Below are positions 8,678 to 18,848 of a stretch of DNA of 64,000 nt, piece after piece. The first letter of the stretch is position 1, and the number at the start of each line of letters is the position of its first letter. Source of the DNA: Candidatus Latescibacterota bacterium (GTDB lineage Bacteria; Latescibacterota; UBA2968); contig OZ240241.1 in assembly GCA_965198115.1 (NCBI GenBank), positions 3,808,001 through 3,872,000 of the forward strand, in the 5' to 3' direction. Below the pieces are notes generated by a model. That model was not told the origin of the DNA. It worked only from the letters and a program-made list of their open reading frames with translations, and ran no database searches. The position numbers and the translations under genes were made by a program.

Positions 8678-8906
8678 TAAGTTTGCGGGCGAGGGCTTTT
8701 TCATTCACACGGTAGACGGAGATTTCCTCTCCGTCGACTTCGACGACAGGAATCCTTTCCCCGTACTGATCCATCAGGTCCTCACTTTCGGTGATGTCGA
8801 TGATGTCGAGGTCGAAAAAGAGACGTTCGCGGACACGGTCGACACGCTTTTTCGCAACGTCGCAGAGATGACAGTCGGGCTTCGAGTAAACGGTGACCTG
8901 CGGCAT
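8643..8906 (-). CDS. Glutaredoxin-like protein (DUF836 type), native C-terminus replaced by IS sequence
   Basis: VTVYSKPDCHLC CxxC and ERIPVV; original tail LRATGAKSTGRRGRLESQR* lies at 7357-7416. Confidence 0.9.
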   Translation of the reverse strand: MPQVTVYSKPDCHLCDVAKKRVDRVRERLFFDLDIIDITESEDLMDQYGERIPVVEVDGEEISVYRVNEKALARKLSTPVLKYGDVF

Positions 8907-9063
8907 CGGATTCCACCTTAGGGCTCATTCCGTCGTCGGCTATAGAAGAAACGGTCGGCCGAAGTCAGGGTCAAGGGCTGCCAGTTGTGTGAGCCGCTCC
9001 AAACCCTATCTTACGCCCACGCAGGATGAGAGTGCGGTTTGCGATAGACACACAGGAGCATCG

Positions 9064-11235
9064 ATGACCGAAGCACACATCAAGGAATTTTACGGTTGGG
9101 CCGAGATCGATCCGATCGAGCCGGTCGTGGCCGGTTCGACGGGCACCTGGCGCATTACCTACCACGCCGGTAAATACGGTGTCGATGATGGCGGCGTCCT
9201 GAAATTCGCCTGGCGAGATGTGAGCGACTGGGCCTATCCGCAGTTCGACGATCCACCCGCACCCAACTATGCGTCCATTGCGACGACGGGTCCGTCCTCG
9301 CTGCGCGCTCAGTTCGAGAAGCAGCGCTTCGTCCGACCGTGGAGACTGTGTGTGACGGTCGATGTGTTCGACGATTCACTGGTGGAGGGAGACACGGTCA
9401 CCCTGACGTTGGGTGACACAGCGGGGGGGAGTCCGGGTAGCCGTGCCCAGACGTTCTGCAAGGAAGCGTTCGAGTTTCGCGTGGCTGTCGATTGGTGCGG
9501 CACTTGGAAGTATACGGTCGTCCCGTCTCCGGTGTTCGAGATCGTGCCGGGGGCGGCTTCCAACCTCGTGGTGGTCGGGCCGTCCCTGACGTCGCCGAAT
9601 GAGGACGCCTGGATTGGAATCAAAGCCGAAGACGTGTGGGGCAATCCGTGTCGTGGCTACGATGGTGAGGTAACGATCGAGGACGGTGGGCTATCGGGTC
9701 TGCCCGGCTCGGTCACTTTTGGACCGGACGATCGCGGTGTTAAGCGGTTCGAGCGTGTCCGCGCACCCGAGCCCGGTGTCTTCCGGGTGCAGGCGAGCGA
9801 TGTGGACAACGGGCTCTACGCGGAGGGGAATCCGCTCGAATGTCGGTCTTCGGTATCGGGGCCTCGACCGTTCTGGGGAGACCTTCACGGGCAGAGCGAG
9901 GAAACGGTCGGGACGAATCCGGTGAAGTCCTATTTCGAGTTCGCGAGGGAGTTGGCGCTTGTGGATTTCGCGGGGCACCAGGGCAACGACTTCCAGATTA
10001 CGAAGGCCGTCTGGGATGAGATCAAGCTTCAGGCGAACCGCCAGAACGATCCGGGACGGTACGTCGTGTTCGTCGGGTGGGAATGGTCGGGTAACACACC
10101 GGTTGGAGGCGATCACAACGTCTACTATCCGAGCGATGACGGTCCCCTGCACCGATCGAGTCACGTGTTGATCGACGACAAGTCGGATGTTCAGACCGAC
10201 GCACAACACGTGACTGACCTCTATGCGGCGCTGAAAGGAACAGACACACTGCTCGTGCCCCACGTTGGAGGACGGTATGCCAACTTGTCGTGGCACGACG
10301 GCGATTTCGAATCGGTCGTGGAAGTCTACTCGGAGTGGGGCGAGTTCGAGTGGTTCTTGAAGGAAGCGCTCGAAAAAGGCTACCGCGTCGGGTTCACAGC
10401 GGGGAGCGACGATCACAAGGGAAGACCGGGGGCGGCTTACCCCGGGAGCGGCTCGTTTGGAGTCTACGGCGGGTTGACGTGTGTCCAGGCCGAATCACTC
10501 ACTCGCGAGGGTGTGTGGGCTGCGCTCCGTGCCCGTCGATGCTACGGAACGACGGGGCAGCGTATCCTGATCGACGCGAAGGCAGATGGGCATCCGATCG
10601 GGTCGGTATTCGAAGCGGATAGTGCGCCGGAAATCGTCGTGAACGTGGTGGGTACGGCACCGATCGAGCGAATCGACATTGTGCGCGGTTTGGATGAGGT
10701 CCACAGTTACCCTGCCAACCCCGAGCGATCTCACGATCGCATACGAATCGCCTGGTCTGGACAGCGGATACGGGCCCGCAACCGACTTGCTCGCTGGGAC
10801 GGATCCCTTACGCTCGAGGGTGGAACGTTGTGGGATGCTGCGGGCTATGCGTTCGATTCGGCCTCGGAGGGAATCACGGACACGACGGACAAAAGCATCG
10901 CGTGGACTTCCGTGACGACCGGGGATGCCGACGGGGTGACCTTTACTGTCGACGGGTCGGACGATGCGACGATCGATTTCCGCACGCCCATCGTCTCCCG
11001 GTCGCTCAGGCTGGGGACGATCAAGATGGGTCCAGTGACGATCGATGCGGGCGGCGTCGACATGAAGGTCGTGTTCGAGATGACGCCGGTTGGCATTGGA
11101 CGCGAGGCGAGCGTTCGATTCAGGGATGAAGACGCTCCACCCGGGACGCATCCGTATTGGATTCGCGTCGTGCAGACCGACGGATCGAAGGCCTGGGTCA
11201 GCCCCTTCTACGTCACTTTAGTTGATGGATTGTAA
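9064..11235 (+). CDS. DUF3604-like PHP-fold metallohydrolase
   Basis: FWGDLHGQSEET, GWEWS, GDHNVY, VPHVGG, GSDDHKGRPG, RRCYGTTG; AGGAG RBS before ATG 9064. Confidence 0.8.
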   Translation: MTEAHIKEFYGWAEIDPIEPVVAGSTGTWRITYHAGKYGVDDGGVLKFAWRDVSDWAYPQFDDPPAPNYASIATTGPSSLRAQFEKQRFVRPWRLCVTVDVFDDSLVEGDTVTLTLGDTAGGSPGSRAQTFCKEAFEFRVAVDWCGTWKYTVVPSPVFEIVPGAASNLVVVGPSLTSPNEDAWIGIKAEDVWGNPCRGYDGEVTIEDGGLSGLPGSVTFGPDDRGVKRFERVRAPEPGVFRVQASDVDNGLYAEGNPLECRSSVSGPRPFWGDLHGQSEETVGTNPVKSYFEFARELALVDFAGHQGNDFQITKAVWDEIKLQANRQNDPGRYVVFVGWEWSGNTPVGGDHNVYYPSDDGPLHRSSHVLIDDKSDVQTDAQHVTDLYAALKGTDTLLVPHVGGRYANLSWHDGDFESVVEVYSEWGEFEWFLKEALEKGYRVGFTAGSDDHKGRPGAAYPGSGSFGVYGGLTCVQAESLTREGVWAALRARRCYGTTGQRILIDAKADGHPIGSVFEADSAPEIVVNVVGTAPIERIDIVRGLDEVHSYPANPERSHDRIRIAWSGQRIRARNRLARWDGSLTLEGGTLWDAAGYAFDSASEGITDTTDKSIAWTSVTTGDADGVTFTVDGSDDATIDFRTPIVSRSLRLGTIKMGPVTIDAGGVDMKVVFEMTPVGIGREASVRFRDEDAPPGTHPYWIRVVQTDGSKAWVSPFYVTLVDGL

Positions 11236-11250
11236 ACGAAAGGATACGCG

Positions 11251-12108
11251 ATGCCAACAGTGGGATTGTTGAGTCCCGGCGACATGGGACACGTCGTCGG
11301 GCAGGTGATGGTCGACCACGGTCTGAAGGTGGTGACGTGTCTGGAGGGCCGGAGCGAGCGTACGCGAGAGTTGGCGAAGGTGGGCGGAATCGGAGACACG
11401 CCATCCTACGAAGCGCTCGTCGAACAGGTCGATCTGATGATGTCCATTATGGTCCCCTCGGAGGCGTTCGGCGCGGCGGCGCGCGTAGCGGAGGCTGTGA
11501 GAGCGACGGGCAGCGATCTGGTCTACGTCGACTGCAACGCGATCGCCCCCGAAACGGTGAAGGAGATGGCGAGGGTGGTAACGGGAGTTGGTGCGAGGTT
11601 CGTGGATGTGGGCATCATCGGGGGTCCCCCGCGAAAACCCGGTGTGAATCGATTGTATACGTCCGGGAAAGACGCAGAGGAATTCGCGGTTCTCAACGAC
11701 TACGGTCTGGATGTTCGAGTGATCGGCGAGGAGATAGGCCAGGCGTCGGGGTTGAAGATGTGCTATGCTGCCCTGACGAAGGGGACCTCGGCGGTGATGA
11801 TCGAGCTGTTGAGCGCATCGAAACGGATGGGACTCTATGACAGCCTGATCGGAGAGCTCGAGACGAGTCAGCCGTCCCGTCTCGAGATGATGCAAGGTCT
11901 GACGAATGTACCTTCTAGGTCGAGGCGATGGATCGGAGAGATGGAGGAAATCGCGAAGACCTTCGGCGACCTGGGTTTGACGCCCAAGATCTATGAGGGC
12001 GCGGCGGACATCTACCGACTGGTCGGGGGCACGGCACTTGCGGACGAAACGCCAGAGACACGTGATAAGAATCGGACGTTGAGTGATCTGATCGACGCGT
12101 TTGCGTAA
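11251..12108 (+). CDS. NAD(P)-dependent oxidoreductase, 6PGDH/HIBADH family (DUF1932-type C-terminus)
   Basis: VGLLSPGDMG, YVDCNAIAP, ASGLKMCYAALTKG, RRWIGEMEEIA. Confidence 0.88.
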   Translation: MPTVGLLSPGDMGHVVGQVMVDHGLKVVTCLEGRSERTRELAKVGGIGDTPSYEALVEQVDLMMSIMVPSEAFGAAARVAEAVRATGSDLVYVDCNAIAPETVKEMARVVTGVGARFVDVGIIGGPPRKPGVNRLYTSGKDAEEFAVLNDYGLDVRVIGEEIGQASGLKMCYAALTKGTSAVMIELLSASKRMGLYDSLIGELETSQPSRLEMMQGLTNVPSRSRRWIGEMEEIAKTFGDLGLTPKIYEGAADIYRLVGGTALADETPETRDKNRTLSDLIDAFA

Positions 12109-12134
12109 TCCTTCGTTTTCGACGAGAAATAAAG

Positions 12135-12169
12135 AGAGGGCTTCGACGATCGTGTCGAAGCCCTCTTTC
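12135..12169 (+). terminator. Intrinsic terminator
   Basis: AGAGGGCTTCGAC / GTCGAAGCCCTCT 13-bp stem followed by a short T-run. Confidence 0.7.
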
Positions 12170-12540
12170 GTCGGTGTGGGATCGCGGTTCAGACTTGCTG
12201 TCCGAACAGGGGAAGAAGATCAGACAGCCCGACCGTCGTTGTATCGAATCGATCGTAGAATCGGCGCCCTACGAGTCGCTGTCGAAAGCTGTGGATCTGG
12301 CAGGAGGGCCATCACAGTGGTCTGGATAGAAGGGGCGCCATGGGGGTCTGTCCGACAGAATTGGCTTGACGCGGATGCCCGGGACGATTTACTTAGACGG
12401 CCCGTAAGTGGAAGTTTCACCCAAGGTTATGGGATTGACGCACAGGTTTTGATCGACCCACGAACCCATCGCTCTGAAGACATCTGGAAGGGCCTCCGCC
12501 GACTTCGCGGGGGCTCTTTGTCGTCCCCAGGAGAGGCCGC

Positions 12541-14127
12541 TTGGCTTTAACGTTCCAAGGCGGAGCCGTCGTCGGGCAGCCGGAGTCCGACAGCGCCGGC
12601 GTGACTGTCCTGAAGAAGGGCGGAAACGCGGTCGATGCGGCCGTGACGTCCGCCCTGCTGGGTGCGATTCTGGCGCCCGCATCGAACGGGATCGGCGGAT
12701 ACGGCGGGTGGATGATGGTCCACGCCAGGGGTGAGGCGCACTGTATCGATTTCCACACGCGTGCACCGAAGGCCGCCGACCCGAAGATGTTCGATGTCGG
12801 TCAGTCCGACGGGCGTTTCGGGTCGTCCGTTCGGGATCACGCGAACGAAATAGGGTGGAAAGCGATCACGGTGCCGGGTGTTCTGGCGGGGATGTCGCTT
12901 GCGTTGGAGGAATTCGGAACGATTTCCCTGGCCGATGCCCTCGCCCCGGCGATCAAGGCGTGCGAGAAGGGCTTCAGAGTGTCTGCATCCTATGCCGCTC
13001 GTGTGGCCCAGCACGAACAGAAGATTCGGGCCTTTCCAGACACGGCCAAGCTGTTGCTCGTGGACAAAGAGGTGCCCAAGGCGGGTGCTCGTGCAAAGAG
13101 CACGGATCTAGCAAAGATGCTCACGCAGGTGGCCAAGAAGGGCACGCGGGAGTTTTACGAAGGACGGATCGCCGATCGCATCGTCAAGTATGTTCAAGAG
13201 GCCGGTGGTATTCTGGAAAAAGAGGATCTGGCAGAGTACGAAGCCAAACTAGTCGAACCGATCAAGGGTGACTTTGGGGGTTGCGAAATCTACGCTCCGC
13301 CGCTGTGCAGCAGTGGGGCGAGCCTGGTTCAAATGTGTCGAATCGGCGAAGCCGCCCAACTCGACCTCTGGTCGAGAGACGCTGCGCGGCTCTGCCACGG
13401 AATGGTCGAGGTGATTCGTGCGGCGTGGATGGACCGGTATCGTCACTTCGGAGACCCGGACACGACTCCGGTGCCGATGGATCTGCTCATGTCCGACATC
13501 TCCCTCGGCGCGACGGCGATCGAGATTTCTTCCCACATCACAGAGGGTACGCGTGGACAGTGCCTCCTGCGCCCTCTTTACGCAGGCGGGACGACCCACA
13601 TTTCAGTCGTTGACGGCGAGCGCAACATGGTTTCCCTGACGCTGACGCACGGGCCCGTATTCGGGTCGTTCGCTACGGTTCCTCGAATGGGGCTTCTGCT
13701 CAATTCCGGGATGTCCCGTTTCGATCCTGGCCCCGGGCTCAAGAATTCGGTCGGGCCCGGGAAGTCGCCGATCGTGAACATGGCTCCGGCTCTGCTCACA
13801 CGCGAAGGCCGTCCAGCGATGACCGTGGGTGCCTCTGGTGGAACGAAGATTCCGTCATCGGTCTTCCAGGTGCTCGCACGACGGCTGGTACTGGGCGAAG
13901 ATTTCGAGTGGTCCGTTGGCGCACCAAGAGTCCATTCCGAAGGAAACGAGTGGGTGAGGATCGACGAAGAGTTTGGAGAAACCGCCCCCGACTACTTGGA
14001 GTCGATCGGTTACGAGGTTCGTGACGGGGATGCGGCGGCGAACGTCAGGGGCATTGAAATCACCGAAGACAACGAACTGATTGCTGCGTATGACCCCCGG
14101 ATGAAGGCGAAAGAAAAGGGGTACTAG
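12541..14127 (+). CDS. ggt: Gamma-glutamyltransferase-family Ntn hydrolase
   Basis: GGNAVDAAV, GIGGYGG, TVPG, nucleophile GTTHISVVD, GASGG; TTG start. Confidence 0.88.
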   Translation: MALTFQGGAVVGQPESDSAGVTVLKKGGNAVDAAVTSALLGAILAPASNGIGGYGGWMMVHARGEAHCIDFHTRAPKAADPKMFDVGQSDGRFGSSVRDHANEIGWKAITVPGVLAGMSLALEEFGTISLADALAPAIKACEKGFRVSASYAARVAQHEQKIRAFPDTAKLLLVDKEVPKAGARAKSTDLAKMLTQVAKKGTREFYEGRIADRIVKYVQEAGGILEKEDLAEYEAKLVEPIKGDFGGCEIYAPPLCSSGASLVQMCRIGEAAQLDLWSRDAARLCHGMVEVIRAAWMDRYRHFGDPDTTPVPMDLLMSDISLGATAIEISSHITEGTRGQCLLRPLYAGGTTHISVVDGERNMVSLTLTHGPVFGSFATVPRMGLLLNSGMSRFDPGPGLKNSVGPGKSPIVNMAPALLTREGRPAMTVGASGGTKIPSSVFQVLARRLVLGEDFEWSVGAPRVHSEGNEWVRIDEEFGETAPDYLESIGYEVRDGDAAANVRGIEITEDNELIAAYDPRMKAKEKGY

Positions 14128-14144
14128 TCGATGAAGAGGATCGT

Positions 14145-15263
14145 GTGATGGAGAGCTATCCGTTTGGCAGCGGCCGGCCTGATCCGGCGTCGTTCCCCAA
14201 TCGTGGTCTGGCCGATGCGGCCGTTCGGATCCTGCCGGAGCTGGGCGGCGAGCTCGCTCTCTATCCGGGTCCAAGAGGCTACGAGCCATTGCGCAAGCTG
14301 ATGTCCGACCGATTCGAGCGACGCGAGGGCGTTGGTCTACCCGTCGACCAGATATCATTGACGACAGGGTCGATGCAGTCGGTGACGCTGATGGCTCAGT
14401 ACTTCGTCGAGAAAAAGGGCGATGCTATCATCATGGAGGAGTACTCGTATTCGGGTACGATCGGCGCTTACAACAAAGAAGGGGCCGAGCTCTTGGGTGT
14501 GCCCCTGGACAATGACGGAATGCGGATGGATTCACTGGAGGAGGCGATCGTATCATCTTCGGCACGGGGAAAGAAACCGAAGTTCATCTACGCGCTGGTG
14601 ACGTATCAGAACCCAACCGGCTCGATCATGCCCCTTGACCGCAGAAAAGAGCTGCTCGACATCGCGCTCAAACACGATATCCCGGTCGTGGAGGATCACT
14701 GCTACGCGGACACGGTTTACGAAGACTGTCACGTGCCGGCGTTAATCACGATCGACCACGAGGCGACCGTGCTCCATATCGAGTCCCTGTCGAAGATCCT
14801 GGGTCCTGGCGTGAGGCAGGGTTATTTCTGCGCACCAGAGCCGATCTTCAGCGAGATTCTTGCGCTCAGGCGGGATGGGGGGCCGAGCACGCTGAACGCC
14901 GCGATCTGCTATGAGTTCTTCAGAGAAGGTTTGGTGGATCATCTCGAAATGATCAACGGGATCGTGAAGGAGAAGCGTGACCTGATGTTCGAGAAGCTGG
15001 CCGAGAGGTCCGACGCGTTCGAGTGGTTCAGCCGGCCCAAGGGGGGGCTGTTCATCTGGGTGAAACTGCCCGACCAGACAGATCTCGTGGCGTGCGAGCA
15101 GGCGGCTGAGGCCCGTGGCATCGATTACGCGACAGGGAAGGCGTTTCACGTCTATCACGACGACGTACCGTTTCTGCGCCTGGCCTTCGGCTACGCTACG
15201 CCCGACCAGATCCGCAAAGGGATCCCGCTGCTGGCCGAGTGTGTGGTCCAAAGCAAAAAGTGA
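14145..15263 (+). CDS. PLP-dependent class I/II aminotransferase (MocR-like, no HTH)
   Basis: YQNPTG, VVEDHCY, SLSKILGPGVRQG, PKGGLFIW, LRLAFG. Confidence 0.92.
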   Translation: MMESYPFGSGRPDPASFPNRGLADAAVRILPELGGELALYPGPRGYEPLRKLMSDRFERREGVGLPVDQISLTTGSMQSVTLMAQYFVEKKGDAIIMEEYSYSGTIGAYNKEGAELLGVPLDNDGMRMDSLEEAIVSSSARGKKPKFIYALVTYQNPTGSIMPLDRRKELLDIALKHDIPVVEDHCYADTVYEDCHVPALITIDHEATVLHIESLSKILGPGVRQGYFCAPEPIFSEILALRRDGGPSTLNAAICYEFFREGLVDHLEMINGIVKEKRDLMFEKLAERSDAFEWFSRPKGGLFIWVKLPDQTDLVACEQAAEARGIDYATGKAFHVYHDDVPFLRLAFGYATPDQIRKGIPLLAECVVQSKK

Positions 15264-15283
15264 GGCCACGCTATTCCGAAATC

Positions 15284-15316
15284 AGGGCCGATCCGGGCTA
15301 CGGGTCGGCCCTTTTT
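15284..15316 (+). terminator. Intrinsic terminator
   Basis: AGGGCCGATCCG / CGGGTCGGCCCT stem followed by TTTT. Confidence 0.8.
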
Positions 15317-15357
15317 GGTGTACTTCGACATCGTCGCCGTCGAATTCGTGCGTGACA

Positions 15358-15386
15358 TTGACGCTCGCGGGGGCCGCGGGTATATT
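15358..15386 (+). promoter_or_regulatory. Sigma70-type promoter for apbC
   Basis: TTGACG-N17-TATATT, 20 nt before ATG. Confidence 0.7.
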
Positions 15387-15406
15387 TCGCGTCGAAGGGA
15401 AACCGA

Positions 15407-16201
15407 ATGAGTGAATCACCACAAATGGCACGCCCCGCCCCTCTGCCGGGCATCGATACTCTGATCGCCATCGCGAGTGGCAAGGGAGGAGTGGGAAAGT
15501 CGACGACGGCGGTCAATCTTGCCGTCGCACTCGCCTGTCAAGGTGCACAGGTCGGTCTGATGGACGCCGACATTTACGGTCCGAACGTGCCGGTCATGAT
15601 GGGAGGCAAGGACCGACCCGACGTCGATCCCGACGGGAAGATGCTACCGCTGGAGCGACACAGCGTGAAGTTCATGTCGTTGGGTCTGATTGCGGGCGAT
15701 GGCGTGCCCATCGTGTGGCGGGGCCCTATGCTGGCCAAGATGATCACTCAGTTTCTTCGAGATGTGGCCTGGGCACCGCTCGATTACTTGTTGATCGATC
15801 TACCACCCGGGACGGGCGACGTCCAGCTGACGCTGACACAAACGGCGCCGCTGACGGGTGCGGTGATCGTGACGACGCCCCAGGCGATTGCTCTGGAGGA
15901 CGTGCGACGAGGCATCCAGATGTTCGAGACGGTGGATGTGCCGGTCTTGGGTGTGCTCGAGAACATGAGCGGATATCAATGTCGAAAATGCGGGTCGATG
16001 CACTACCCCTTCGGGTCGGGCGGTGGGAAAAAGACGGCCGATTATTACGATGTGCCGTTCCTGGGTGAGATTCCGATCGATTTGCGGGTGCGGGCGGGAT
16101 CTGATCAGGGCAGTCCGGTGTTGGTAGGATTCCCGGACAGCGCGGTGGGTCAGGCCTACGCTTCCGTTGCCGGGCGGTTGCGAGACCTTCTAGAGAACTG
16201 A
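15407..16201 (+). CDS. apbC: Mrp/NBP35 iron-sulfur cluster carrier ATPase
   Basis: ASGKGGVGKST, DADIYGP, WRGPM, DLPPGTGD, ENMS..CxxC. Confidence 0.95.
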   Translation: MSESPQMARPAPLPGIDTLIAIASGKGGVGKSTTAVNLAVALACQGAQVGLMDADIYGPNVPVMMGGKDRPDVDPDGKMLPLERHSVKFMSLGLIAGDGVPIVWRGPMLAKMITQFLRDVAWAPLDYLLIDLPPGTGDVQLTLTQTAPLTGAVIVTTPQAIALEDVRRGIQMFETVDVPVLGVLENMSGYQCRKCGSMHYPFGSGGGKKTADYYDVPFLGEIPIDLRVRAGSDQGSPVLVGFPDSAVGQAYASVAGRLRDLLEN

Positions 16202-16326
16202 AGCCTGCCCACGAAGGGGTCGCGCGGTTCCCTCCTAGCGAATCGCGTTTTATATGTTCTAAAGCTAGGCGAAACGAGGCGATACTCAGAACAGGACGTT
16301 CCTGTTCTTCATTCGGAGTATCGGCG

Positions 16327-17315
16327 TTGAATCGACGGAGACTCTACATACCCGGCGGTGTCCTCCTGGCACTCGTGCTCGGCACCCTCTACGCGAGGGG
16401 GCCGGCGGCCGAGTCGAATGGGGTCCAGCCCCGTCCAGAAGGGGCGTGGGTCAGCCTCGTAGCGGGCCAGGTCGATGTGGTGAGAGACAGGGGCACAGAG
16501 GCCAGGGAGCCTTTGCTGGGACGCACCTACGTGTATCCGGGTGACCGGATCGTGACAGGGGGAGACGGCAGGGTCGAACTGACCATGGAAAAGCCGGCTC
16601 GGATGCTGAGAATCGAGCGGGGGTCTGTGGTTACGGTAGAGGGCCGGGAGAAAGGGGGCAGGATCCCGATCGTGGGTGTCCGCGTCGATCGCGGAGACGT
16701 TTGGGCCCGGGTTTCCAGGGCTCACGAAGTTTTTGGTCTGGCCCTGGGTCGTGTAGAGGCGTGGGTTCGAGACAGTGTGATCTCCTCGCATCGCGGGGAA
16801 TCGACGCGATTCGTGGTGTTCGAAGGAGAGGCGCAGATGGCCGAAAGTGGTCAGGTGCTTCGCCCGGGGCAGGGCATTCTCATCACGGCAACGGGAGAGG
16901 CGACGCCCTACGTCGCGGATTCCACGCCCAGAAATGGTTGGCGTGTAGGCCCCCCCGGATGATGAGGTAGCGCCCACTGCGGGGGGCGATGGCGAAGTCT
17001 GGGGTCCGAGGACGTTGAGTCGCGCGATCCGCGATCCGCGATCTGAGCCCTACGATCTACCTGGGCGTGGAACTGGAGCTGGAGGGGCAAGGGCGTGGTG
17101 AGCGCTTTCGGGCGTCGGAAGCGCGTATACGGAAGATACGGGTGCGGTCGAGGGCGTGGGATCGTTTACGGCCCGAGAATAAGGTCGATCTGTTGAACGA
17201 AACATTCGACGTGCTCAAAAGACGCTATCCAGGTATCAAAAACGGCGTAGTTCTGGAGTTCGACGATGCTCGACCCGAACTCGAACTGCGCTACGCAGTC
17301 GATCACCGTAGCTGA
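16327..17315 (+). pseudogene. FecR-domain exported protein, apparently split into 16327-16962 and 17067-17315
   Basis: Signal peptide; GQVDV..GDRIVTGGDGRVEL..VFEGEA FecR-like pattern; one ORF restored by C7 to C6 (16950-16956) and (CGCGATC)3 to 2 (17023-17043). Confidence 0.55.
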
Positions 17316-17343
17316 TCAGAAGCAACCCCAGAGTGGATCAGGC

Positions 17344-17376
17344 CCGGCTCCCGAAAGGAAGTGGGGCCGGTTTTAT
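17344..17376 (+). terminator. Probable intrinsic terminator
   Basis: CCGGCTCC...GGGGCCGG stem followed by TTTTAT. Confidence 0.55.
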
Positions 17377-17582
17377 GCCTATTAGTCTCACTTTCGTTAT
17401 GCTAGGTAGGACAAACAGCTTGAGTAATACCTCGTAGATGGTTACGTTTAGAGGCGCTTAAGTAAGTGGTTGCTTCTGGACGGACCTGATGGTGACAGTT
17501 CTACCGAAACATCCGACGGGGGAAACGCGTCGAAAAGACGTATGGAGCTTCGGGGGCAAAGCTGTCGATTCGGGAGAAAAGA

Positions 17583-18728
17583 ATGAAGCCGATGAAACAC
17601 AGGGTTTTCGGGTTGGTCGTGGTTATCGCACTATTTGCCGGGCTGACCGCGTGTGGACAGGGGGAGGCAGGTGATGATGAGAAGTCGGCCTCCGCCGATT
17701 CGACCAAGTCCGATAGCCTCAAAGTCGCAGAGGGTGTACCCGTAAAAGTGTTACCCGTAGAGCTGGGTCTGATATCTGACTACGTTCAGCACCCGTCGAC
17801 GATCGAGGCAGAGGAGGTCATCGACGTCTACGCCCAGACGAGCGGACTCGTGCGCGAGGTTTTGGTCGAGGAAGGGGATGAAATCACGGCGGGGCAGCTC
17901 CTGGTTCGACTTGTGGACGACGAGTTGAGGCTCGGTGCCGACGAGGCTCGAGTCAACCATCAAAAACTGGCGAGCAAGTTCAAACGCTCCGAAGGTCTTT
18001 TCGAACGGAACCTGTTGTCGAAGGAAGACTTCGAGGAACAGTCGTTCACACTAGAGGAATCTCGAATTCGGTGGGAGCGTGCGAATGTCGCGCTCGCGCA
18101 CGCTTCGGTGCGGGCACCGGTCGATGGCGTGGTGGCCGAGCGCGCGGTCAAGCTGGGTGATCGTATCGGTCCGTCGAACAAGCTGTTCTCGCTCGTCGAT
18201 CTGAGGAAGCTGATCGCCTACGTCCACGTCCCTGGGCGTGATATGCGATACATCAACACCGGGCGGCGCGCACGTCTAACGTCCGATTTCCTGCCCGGCG
18301 AGGTCTTTCAAGGATACATCTTACGGATCAGCCCCGTGGTCGACCCTCGCAACGGGACATTCAAGGTTACCCTCGCCGTAGACGAGAGTGCCGACCGGCT
18401 TCGTCCGGGCATGTTCATTACGGTCAACATCGTCACGGCAACGCGGGGAGACGCTGTGCTCGTGCCCAAACGAGCGGTGGTCCACGACGACGGGTTCCCG
18501 CACGTGTTCGTCGTGAGTGACAGCATCGCGAAGCGAAAACGACTCGAGGTCGGGTTCGAAGATTCCGAAAATTTTGAGGTGCTGTCGGGCACGACGAAGG
18601 GCGACCGGATCGTCGTCGTCGGGCAGAACGGGTTGAAGGACGGAGCCAAGGTACGTGTGATCGAGAGCGAGGGACTCCGTGTCCCGGCCAAGCCGGATTC
18701 GACCGACGATTCCAACCAGGCTTCTTAG
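17583..18728 (+). CDS. RND efflux periplasmic adaptor (MFP), lipoprotein
   Basis: LTAC lipobox, lipoyl halves GLVREVLVEEGD and VRAPVDGVV, LRPGMF, VVVGQNGLKDG. Confidence 0.93.
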   Translation: MKPMKHRVFGLVVVIALFAGLTACGQGEAGDDEKSASADSTKSDSLKVAEGVPVKVLPVELGLISDYVQHPSTIEAEEVIDVYAQTSGLVREVLVEEGDEITAGQLLVRLVDDELRLGADEARVNHQKLASKFKRSEGLFERNLLSKEDFEEQSFTLEESRIRWERANVALAHASVRAPVDGVVAERAVKLGDRIGPSNKLFSLVDLRKLIAYVHVPGRDMRYINTGRRARLTSDFLPGEVFQGYILRISPVVDPRNGTFKVTLAVDESADRLRPGMFITVNIVTATRGDAVLVPKRAVVHDDGFPHVFVVSDSIAKRKRLEVGFEDSENFEVLSGTTKGDRIVVVGQNGLKDGAKVRVIESEGLRVPAKPDSTDDSNQAS

Positions 18729-18848
18729 AGTCATTCCGATGTTGGACAAAGGCACCGTGAGACGTTGCGCGCGTGCCTGTTTTTACATCCTTCTCTGCGT
18801 GTGAGTTCCCTGTGCTTGTTTCGTGGCATTCCAATCTTTGAGCAGCGC

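Noticed and set aside
12170-12540. ncRNA in the 370-bp spacer before ggt
   Set aside because: No convincing conserved structure or known motif seen
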